Source of the DNA: Ancylonema sp.
Taxonomy: Eukaryota
Reading direction: 5' to 3'
Length of the DNA: 64,000 nt
Assembly: GCA_050230475.1 (NCBI GenBank)
Contig: JBFLGF010000032.1
Coordinates: 1 to 64,000, forward strand
Below are positions 10,632 to 20,721 of the stretch, one piece after another (positions within the stretch are counted from its first letter, which is position 1; every line of letters starts with the position of its first letter). The position numbers and the translations under genes are program-made. The notes below the pieces were generated by a model. The model did not search any database and was not told the origin of the DNA. It was given only the letters and a program-made list of their open reading frames with translations.

Positions 10632-12190
10632 TTATCCTCCTTTTGAAAGCAACGGTATCGTAATAGTCTGTGGAGCTGATCGTGGTAACGTTTGGATTAT
10701 GTCTAAGACGTTACAAGGAACGTATATCACTGGCCCGACCAAATAAATTTGTCCACTCGGTCCGTACTTAAGGTCACGTAATTGCATGAAACATATCCGT
10801 GGTGATACGCATCGTTCTTCTAATTCTGATAGACCTTGCAGTTCTGGTGGAATAGTTGGGAAACACATTTTGTTTTCGATTGAGAATTTAGGAAGTTTTT
10901 TTTTTAAAATGGAAAGTTGGCAAGTTGAGCAAATGTAGTTTGTGCGTTCTATTAATGGCAATATGGAGACATCTCTTCGTGCTATAATACAATATTTGTG
11001 TTATTTCTATCATTCGTTCTTTGAAAAATAATTGATTACACACCTCGCATGCGTTTGATGGTCCATCTTTGCTTATTAATAGAAATCGAGCCCATGTGTG
11101 TGGCCAATCTTTGACGTTTGTTTTTGTACTAAGAAACTTTGTTGCTTGGTTTATCATTGTTTGTAACTTTTCATTCATGCTTAAATCTAGTTGTGGTTCC
11201 AAAACACAAGTGATATTCGGTGTGAATCTACAATCGCCATACACTTCCTTTATGAAAAAATCACGGTATAAGTTTGCGGCTTCTAAAGTTGGAATGTCAT
11301 CAAGAACAAATATATGGTTGTGACAAGCGGTATTTTTAAGTATATGCATAAATGCGTATTTGAGGTAATTCATGTCTCCTCGTAGTGGCACATATGGTAT
11401 AATACCTCGGTACAATCGTGGGAGATCATTCGCGATGTTTTCAAATTCGTCGCGATAAGGAATCATGTCGAATTGCTTCATTAGAGAAAGTGTTTTCGGT
11501 AGCATGTTAACGTTGATTAGTTGTTCGCCACTTTGGTCAAATGGAGAATTGAAATATTTTGTTATAGTTGTGCTAATAGAAGATTGACTCACGCCGCAAT
11601 TGAGGTTCATGTTTTGTATTTGAAGTAACACCACATGAGACGTTGGTCGTTTTCGCTTTAAAGATGAAAGAGGTAAAGGTTTCGACATTTGGTGTTCGTT
11701 ATATTAAAAAGTAGGCATGTAAAGTGTCCAAAATTTGTTTCTCCATACGAAATGATATTTTTTTTCGTTCTCGTCATCACTGTTGAAGTATTGAACACAT
11801 CGGTTTTCGTTCCATATATAGACGTTCCATTTTTCGTACGTAGACAACACATATATTTCGGATAACGTGACACTAGATGCACTAGACGATAAGGTTTGGA
11901 TGAATTCTTGTGTCGTTGAGATCGGAGTATACAAGTGCCCATCACAAACGAACTTGCTAGTCGTAAGTTACATATTTTCATATGTTCGGTGGACAAAAAT
12001 AATTCGATTCGATTCACGAGCTCAGTCTTTGGTATTAGAAAATGCGAGTCGTCACCAATTGAACAAAACGAAAACATTTTGAAAAGCCAATCATCATCAC
12101 ATATTTGTGGAACTAAAACGAAAGTTCCATTTGAAGTTGCTAAGAATTCTCTACAAAGATTGGAAAAGGTATCGAAAGGCTAGAAGTCAT
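10632..12190 (-). pseudogene. N-terminal part of RepHel: degenerate OTU-like domain, unknown region, CxxC zinc motifs and DUF6570-like domain; frameshifted
   Basis: CEVCNQLFF and YICSTC..PPELQGLSELEERCVSPRICFMQL..GQ..LVGPVIYVP resemble Helentron N-termini. ICDDDWLFKMFSFCSIGDDSH and TLSEIYVLS..VYIW resemble OTU Cys-box and variable-loop patterns. Candidate ATG at 12190. Confidence 0.7.
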
Positions 12191-12759
12191 TTGTCTAATG
12201 AAAGAAAGAAATTCCCTCAAGTGGAGAGGTAGATACCCGAAAAACAAGAAAATTCTTCCCGGATATTAGTAAGTAAGGTCGTCGTGAACGTTGAATGGTA
12301 TGTGATCGGGTGCTTTGTACGAGTTGTACCTTGCCCCCAAGGTACAACAAGGATACTTTTTTTGGTTATCCCAAAAAAGTATAAAAAAATTGGGGTGCCT
12401 ACTTGGCTTTGTTACCAATAGTACCCACATGAAAAAAAACACATTTATTGTATGTTAGTATGAATAAATCGATTACAAAAAAAAAACGAGAATGGAGTAA
12501 TGGTAAGGTAGTGATGACAAGTTGACACGATGAAACAAGCAGAAATAATAGTACCTTGTGGTAAATATTGATGGAGTAGTTTCTCCTGGGAAGTAAGCGG
12601 ATGGCTCCGAAGAGGAGCGCAACACGATCACCGGTATATTTAGAACAATGTTGTCGTGAGGAATCAGGCTCTTATATTTTTCCTATTTCTGAAAAAGAAA
12701 AAGAAAAAGAGGCGGAAAGAAATGCGGTCAGATTTTTAAGGGAAATGACTAGGGGGCTT

Positions 12760-15700
12760 CAACTCTATACCACCAGTCTCAATCAGACCTTTCTCTTTTC
12801 TCTTTTTTTTTTTCTTTTTTTTTTTAAGAGCATATTCATTTTATGTATTTTTTTACAGCCCTTTATCTAAACTAGAAACAAAAACAACTAGATAACGGAA
12901 CAACAGGCCGTTTCAACTCTACACCTCCTCACTCAATCAGTCATTCCTCAGCATAAACTTCAATTTTGAAGGCATAAATCATATCAAAATGACCGCATAA
13001 TCATCAAATTCAAGGACCTTATTTGTTCAAAACAAACTGTTCTATATTCATTCCTTATAGCCCTTAAAATCAACTCAAAACAGAACGGCTGTATAACGGA
13101 AGGGCGGAGCGTTCCAACTCAATACATTCATACTCAATCAGTCATTTTTCCAGCATAGGCTTAAATTTTAAAAGCATACAGCACACCAAAAAGACCGCAT
13201 ATTCATCAGCTTCAATAATATGTTTTTTGCAGAATATTATGTTTCGTATTCATTCATTTACAGCTGTTAATCTTAACCGGAACAGAACCGGCTGTATTAA
13301 GAATCGCCGTATATTAATAACACCCCTTGCTTCAAGCGATCGTTACTTAAAAAATACTTAAAATAACTGAACATACAGCACACCATAACTATTGGTACGT
13401 CATCGCATATCAATAAAAAAGTATAATACATTTTTTGTGTTTTTAGAACCCCAGCAAAAGGTAAAAGACTGAAACTGAACATCTCCAAAATAGATACACC
13501 CACTTTCAGTGACACACCGTACGCTTCAATATATAATATCTCACATTCAACTCAGTTTATGAACACAAGTAGCATATGAAATTGACCGATATACTATTGG
13601 CTTTAAGTAAAATTTTAAATCACAGCCATCCAATCTATATTCATTTTTTTATAGCCCTTAATCTGGTTGTCTTACGGAGAAGAAAACAGCCTGTGGTTTC
13701 ACAACGCCTACTCTTCGACCGTTCATAGTTGAATACATACGTAGATTTTTATAGCATACAGTAAATAAAAACAAATTTCATCTTATGAAATTTTACCGAA
13801 ATTTTGAATCAGATTTTTCTGATTTTTTCTATACTTAATAATCGGTACTCGACTGAACTAGTTTTAAAAAAAAACGAAACAGAAAATTCTCCTCCAACAC
13901 CCTAAGTTTCATAGTGCTATAGCTCTAAACATATTGAGGTTCTGAGCAGATATTATATACCAAATGAACCGCTGGCTCATCAGATTTTAGGAAATATTTT
14001 TTTTACGAAAACAAAATTATCAGTCAGTCATATATCCATGATATACGTACCTCGTGAGAGCAACGGTGAGTATCGACTCCCGACGGAAAGCTTCGAAGGG
14101 ATCCGCAATGCAAAACCAACGTGTCGCTTGTAGTTTTGATATTGCTGAAGACAGGAAAATGATCGATTTTCACGAACCTGCAAAAGGGAAAAAAATGACA
14201 TTAAAATTCCGACTTAAAAAGAGACCGCTATTGGGTTCAAGATTGAAGGTCACCGAACAAGCTCTATTGTACATACTACCTGACTCATTCAGCCATTGCA
14301 GAATACATAATTAGATTTAATGCACGCGCAGCACATCAAATTGAAGATTATTTTATCAGATTTTATGAAACCTTTAAATCAGGTCAATCCAATTTCTACA
14401 AAGATCACAACCGGGAAAATAGTGGACTGATTGATCTACATTCTGAAATGCAAGACGATTTATCACACCACTCGCTTCAAACAATTGTTGACAGAGGCGT
14501 AGATAAATATTTAGAGCAAATAATATGTCAAAATGATCCTAGTTTTACAGGATATCTGTATAATTTTACTTTGAAAAATGCCGACGTGTAGTGAGACATC
14601 TACAAGTAATAAAGAAAACTGGTTTCCTATTTTCTCTGTAAATCAACTATTTTCTCAGAAGACCTCTGACTTTGAAAAATCATTGCTACAAAGATAAGCA
14701 GAATCATGATACATGCAGCATACCAAAACAATTCATATGTTTTCAGATATCATCATATATTTTTTTATTTTTTTTTATTTCTGTATATACCGTAAAAGAA
14801 AAGTCAACGGAACAAGACATCTCTAAAAGCACCCCCTACAGTTTTGTGATACACCTCACACTCTAGTAGATGATTGCTCCAACAATACGTACAATTGAAT
14901 GACTTGGAGCATACCAAAATGACCATAAAACCATCAGATAATGCAATTATTCAATATTAAGATTATTTGATTTTTAGTTTACAGGAAAATAGCTGAAAAG
15001 TGAACTGTACACTTTACATGTTATTTTATAAAGAAGACAAACGATAGGTCTGAGGGGAATCAATAACGCGACGACAATTTTTGAAGGAAATAGCAACATA
15101 TCGATGAGATCAAAATTTATAAAGCTATCTAATGATTCAAAAATAACTCAGTTTGGACTTGACCCGAGGAAGATATTGTTTCGGAAGTTACTCCGACATC
15201 TAGTGCATATGAAACAGAAAAGCGGCATAAATGTGAATCGATTTCATCGAAGCCGCGTAGGCTGAATTCTTAACCTTTTTTTTTTTGGAATTGAGTTCAA
15301 GACATACGCATGGAAATTGAATTTACAATGGAAGGAAAACGAGGAGAAATGCACAAAAGGGCTTAACACCATACCTGTTTCCGTGGAGAGAGGTGTTTCT
15401 AAAAAGGAAGAAGTTCGATGTCCCCCGGGCGAAAAAACTGAAATTGTGGATCACGGCGGGAAGGCCTAATTTTCAGATCTGCCAGCAAATGACCCGAAGT
15501 CTGAAACCCCGGACGGAGCAGATCCGAAGTCCACCGAGGCTAGATCGAAAGAAGATCGATCGGGTGATCGTCGTTTCTTATATTTAAAATAAAAAACCCG
15601 CCCTATTGTTTTTAAAACCCCAGCAAAAGGATAAGAAACTGAAACTGAACATCTCTAGAATAGATACACCCAATTTCAGTGACACACCGTATGCTTTAAT

Positions 15701-17100
15701 ATAAAATATCTCACAGTCTACTCAGTTTTTGAACACAAATAGCATATGAAATTGACCGGTATATTATTAGCTTTAAGTACAATTTTAAATCACAGCCATC
15801 CAATCTATATTCAATCTTTTATAGCCCTTAATCTGGTTGTCTTACGGAGAAGAAAACAACCTGTGTTTTCAGAACACCTACTCCTCGACCGTTCATAGTT
15901 GGATACATACGTAGATTTTCATAGCATACATTATATTAAAACAACCGTCATCTTCTGAAAATTTACCGAAATTTTGAATCAGGTTTTTCTAATTTTTATA
16001 TTCTTAATAATCGGTACTCAACTGAACTCGTTTTTTTAAAAAACGAAACAAAAAATTCTCCTCCAACACCCTAAGTTTTATAGAGCTATAGCTCTGAACA
16101 TATTGAGGTTCTGCGCAGATGTTCTATACCAAATCAACCGGTGGTTCATCAACTTTGAGGAAATATTTTTGTTACAAAAATTTAATCAGTCAGTCATATA
16201 TCCATGATATACGTACCTCGTGAGAGCAACAATGAGTATCGACTCCCGACGGAAAGCTTCGAAGAGATCCGCAATGCAAAACCAACGTGTCGCTTGTAGT
16301 TTTGATATTGCTGGAGACAGGACAATGATAGACGTTCACGAACCTGCAAAAGGAAAAAAAATGACATTAAAATTCCGAATTAAAAAGAGACCACTATCGG
16401 GTTCAAGATTGAAGGTCGCCGAACAAGCTCCATTGTACACACTACCTGACTCATTCAGCCATTGCAGAATACATAATGAAATTTAATGCACGCGCAGCAC
16501 ATTAAATTAAAGCTTAGATTATCAAATTTTATAACAACTTTAAATCAGGTCAATCCGATTACTACAAAGATCACAACCGGGAAAATAGTGGACTGATTTA
16601 TCTACATTCCGAATGGCAGTCATACGATTTATCACATCACTCGCCTCCAACAAATGTTGACAGAGGCGTAGATGAATATTTACAGCAAATAATGTGTCAA
16701 AATGATCCTAGTATCTAGTATAATTTTACTTTGAAAAATGCCGACCTGTACTGAGTCATCTACACGTAATAAAGTAAATTGGTTTCTTTCCTTTCTCTAT
16801 AAATCAACTATTTTCTCTGAAGACCTGTGACTTTGAAAAATCAATGCTACAAAGATAAACAGAATCATGATACATGCAGCATACCAAAACAATCTATATG
16901 TTATCAGGTATCATCATATCTTATTTTGTTTTTTTATATTTCTGCATAATACCATAAAAGGAAAGTCAACGGAACTAGACATTTCTCAAAGTACCCTCTA
17001 CAGTTTGTGATACACCTCACACTCTAGTAGACCATTGCTCCAACAATACGTACAATTGAATGACTTGGAGCATATCAAAATGACCTCAAAACCATCAGCT
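12760..17100. repeat. Highly diverged tandem array, period about 190-200 bp, with a 1.5-kb higher-order direct duplication (about 13437-14938 and 15607-17099)
   Basis: Motif like AGCATA..A.CA.A.CAAAATGACC....TCATCAG.TTT recurs near 12971, 13172, 13369, 13561, 13752, 13945, 14140, 14321, 14514, 14710, 14900 and again between 15731 and 17060. The two 1.5-kb blocks align base by base with scattered substitutions. Confidence 0.75.
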
Positions 17101-17570
17101 ACTCCAATCATTCATGACGTTGTCGACAACCGATTACAATTCGGAGAAATATAAGTTCTCCTCGGGGAGGAAACGATTACTCTCTTGACTGATGAATATG
17201 AAGGGGAGCCCAGGCACGTTACGCTGTGCTGTGCAACAATGGGCGACGAGCAGGCCATGGTTATAGACAGCAAATGTAGTCCTAACGTTGGTGGCGCTCC
17301 ACTTCTTTATTGTCAAACAGTGATGAATTTTGAGAGGTGATGCCGAATGTTGAGGTGTGGTGGCAGAGAGTGTCTGTTTGGCAAGGCCCTTGCAACCTCT
17401 ACCGATGCGCATTGACCCGCCGTGTCATAATGGCGCACTTCCCATCAAACTGAAGCGACGCGTGGCAATCCTGATCTGGCAGCAGATCTGCAAACATTCT
17501 GCCACGTGGTGCTATGAGGTGATGGCTAACAACACCAAATCTGTGAAAGTAGCGGCCAACTTCGCTGGTG

Positions 17571-18659
17571 TAGGGTGGGACCCGCCCGCCAAAATCGGTG
17601 GCGGTCGGCGGTCGGCCGCCCGCGGACCGCCTTCGAACGCCTCCGACCGCCCTGGCCGCCATCCGGCCGGGTTTTCGCCTCCCGACCGTGATTCCGCCGT
17701 CCAGCCGCGATTCCGCCGTCCGACCGCCATTATTTGGCAGTTGGATAGGTTGGACGGCGGTGGGAAAAAACAAAAAAAAATACGAGGCGTTTCTTAAAAC
17801 ATATTGGAACACAGAATATATTCATGGTAGCTCCGAATAATTCGTACGAGTATTGTACGCTGTCGATTTTTCGCGATTTTGGATGCTAATTTGTGACCCC
17901 GTGTATTGCGAATCATCAATAATCATGAATGATATCTTCATTTGAAACTTATATTACTTTGAACCGGTTGGCAGTTGGATAAGGTTTGTATAAGTAATGA
18001 GTTACACATAAGTGATTGACGGTACTCTTCGTGGAAACATCGCGGCATACATATTTATTTTTATCCATGACTTTTTGTTCAGAAGTATTATGTACTACAA
18101 CTTGAAATTTACAAGATGGTGAAAGTAAACAGTTTAGTGTGCGTGTAGCCATCATCTTTTTTCGTTTTCCGTTTCTCATGGCGTTATGATGTGCACTAAA
18201 AAAATTTGGCAACGATGGCACATTAGGAGGCAAAACGTTGGAAATCCGACCATTGTTTAGAGAAACATTGATTCTAATATTGCACATCACCGCCTTCCAA
18301 CTACAATGGGCACAAAAAGTTGATCCGAACATGTAACCAAAGAAATGAGAAAGTATATTTATGAAAAAAAAAACCCACAAAACAAACTACTTTAGTCAAT
18401 GCTAACCTCCTCCAGGCTCATTCAACCGAACTCCGACCGCCCCGACCGCCGTCCGACCGCCTCCGACCGCCACCCGACCGTTCCGACCACCACCCGCCCG
18501 CGATTCTGGCCCGCGCCGGCGGCGGCGAAGGCGGTTGGGGCGCGGTCGGACGGCGGGTGGCGGTCGGACGGTCGGACGGCGCAAATGCGGTCGGGTGGCG
18601 GAAACCCGGGCGGAAGGAGGTCTGGTAATTTGGCGGCCGGACGGCGGGTGTCCACCCTA
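17571..18659. mobile_element. Non-autonomous hAT element
   Basis: TIRs TAGGGTGGGACCCGCC / GGCGGGTGTCCACCCTA, perfect 8-bp TSD CGCTGGTG (17563-17570 and 18660-18667), GC-rich subterminal CCGACCG repeats, AT-rich core; second copy at 53262. Confidence 0.92.
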
Positions 18660-18693
18660 CGCTGGTGGGCTGCGCAGTTCAGTTTGTGGAATA

Positions 18694-19285
18694 CAGTAAA
18701 CCCTTGATATAGTAACAATTTTATAGACAGTGGAAAATAATGTCACTATATCGAATGCCAGGGAATACAGAGCTACAGAGCTACAGAGCTATTTGATAGG
18801 GAGACACTGGGCGAATGTCACTGTATCGAAGGAAAGTGAAATTTAGGTTATTTTGAGCTAACATATCGGGTGCGCAACGGTTTATGTTGAAGGAGGTAGG
18901 TCATTTATATGACATTTTTCATAATATCCGCTCGATACAATATAATCTCTCTGAATTAATAATTACTGAATCTGCATAAAATATTAATTTAGACATGTTA
19001 TTAATTTACACATCAGATTTTGGGTGTGAACCTTACCCCGGGCAAAACATTTGCTATTAAATTGGAGAGCTTATTAATTTGAACGAGGTTAATCTAGACC
19101 GGTTTCACTCTATAGTGACATCTCAATAGTAAAATCTGGGAATTTTTGGTCACTGTAACGTGTGTCACTATAGCGATTGTCACTATATAGAGTGGGTTTT
19201 TATGTAGGATCATAAAAAGGGCAAAAAAATGTCACTATATCGTGATTGTCACTATATCGAGTGTCATTATATCAAGGGTTTACAA
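18694..19285. mobile_element. Tc1/mariner-pogo-like MITE (CAGT termini, TA TSD)
   Basis: TA|CAGTAAACCCTTGATATAG ... TATATCAAGGGTTTACAA|TA with internal GTCACTATATCG repeats; same family as 61745-62461 in inverse orientation. Confidence 0.8.
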
Positions 19286-20542
19286 TATCGAGTGTAATTT
19301 CTCTTTTCTGAAGCTGGATGAGCCCACGAGCACAAATGAGTGCGCCCGCTAGCACTCTTGGGGCGACACTTGAGGCCCAAGGCCTGAACTACAGGCTGTG
19401 GGGCCGTGGGCTTGACAGTTTGGAGGCCAACTGCTAGAGTGTCCACGGTTGGCTCTTGGCCGAACGACCCTCATCATTATGACACCGCGACATTCAAATC
19501 TTCAAAAAAATCATGTCTTTATCCAGTGTATATTTCGTTTCCTTGCCTTGTTACGAATAATCAAAAAGTATACCACTCCATACATCCTTCGAAATTATGG
19601 CGTGAGTTGGTATTCATGCGTACCTAAGTAGCAAGTATCACACACAACACCACATGTAAGTAATCCCGGAGCCAACAGACACACTACCTTTGTAGTACAC
19701 ATGTAATCTGACCGGGAAAAAGGGAATCAACATAGGGCATAATGACATAGCAAAACTACCACCTTGGATGTTGGGTGTGAGAGTGCCGCTCTAGGGTTAG
19801 ACAATCCCTTGTATGACTCTGTATGTGACTCGCCTATTTCCAATTTACCTCTATGAGAATGCACCCAATCAAAAAGAATACTCAAAATGTAGGTGGCAAA
19901 GATAAACATTGGAGTGTTGTTTCCACGTTCAAATGTTCTCCTCCGACACCCCATGGGCTTCAACTTTCTACAAGAACTAAACGTGGGGTGAAGCAAGAAT
20001 ATCATATTGATGTTGAAAATTCCGGGGGGTGTGTGATGACCGAGGGTAAGCTAGATGGAATCTCCATCAATTCGGAATCGGCACAAATAGTACATAGCAA
20101 GTGACCACGTGTCCCAAAAGAGGGTGTGGAGATTCGTTGCACATCAGTCACTCCTTGTGGGAATCTTTATTATGCTTCATGTACCTCTGTCCAATATAGT
20201 AACATAATAAATTGTATACTTTGGATCATCTTCTCTTGGTCCACCCAAGATTGTTGGTCTATTTTGGTCCGAAACCAACCCACCCAAAACATCAACACAT
20301 GACTACATGACCAAAATCATGATCAAAATCACCTCTCCCCCACTACCGGCAACACGCAAAGCTCATTTCCGACTGCATTACCGAAAACAAACCTTGCACT
20401 ACTTGACTCTATTTTTCCATTACCTTTGTACACAACCTCACTAGTGCCTCCCAAGTTGCTTTACCGGTACAATCGAGCATGACCTTGGTCTACAATATAA
20501 CCTACGACTTGCCGGGGGGGTAAGCTTCGACACAAGGCGGAA

Positions 20543-20587
20543 CCCTAAAATCCCTAAAATCCCTAAAATCCCTAAAATCCCTAAAAT
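20543..20587. repeat. (CCCTAAAAT)5 telomere-like minisatellite
   Basis: Five perfect 9-mers just downstream of the P4-ATPase stop codon. Confidence 0.85.
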
Positions 20588-20721
20588 CCTTCGTGTTATC
20601 GCTTCAAGAACACGATTCCTTGAAAATTGCTCGGGTTCGTCTAAAACTCACCCACATAATCAATACAAATTAAAAGGTGCCACACTGAGCGAGGTCCGTC
20701 TTGACGCCACGATACCGCTCA

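Larger units (their letters stand above)
3990..12700 (-). mobile_element. Decayed Helentron/Helitron2-type rolling-circle transposon with endonuclease; boundaries approximate, may extend to about 17100
   Basis: AT-rich island containing Rep, PIF1 helicase and AP-like endonuclease coding fragments (see sub-features). Candidate terminal hairpin TTAGCTCT-n6-AGAGCTAA at 3994-4015 and inverted repeat AGAGTATTGG/CCAATACTCT at 4355-4405. Confidence 0.85.

Noticed and set aside
14054..16486. Duplicated 86-88 aa ORFs (14054-14314 and 16220-16486)
   Set aside because: GTG starts inside the duplicated repeat block; similarity is explained by the DNA duplication and no domain is recognisable.
12760..17100. 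CRISPR-like or guide-RNA array interpretation of the periodic motif
   Set aside because: Repeats are degenerate, unit bodies are partly homologous to each other, the context is eukaryotic, and no Cas or Fanzor-like ORF is visible.
17134..17570. Moderately GC-rich coding-like stretch
   Set aside because: No recognisable protein motif in the frames examined.
17357..18718. Pro/Arg-rich ORFs here and at 53140-53686
   Set aside because: Arise from the GC-rich subterminal repeats of the hAT element.
19700..20400. Possible old pseudogene or transposon remnant
   Set aside because: Fragmented ORFs with no identifiable family.
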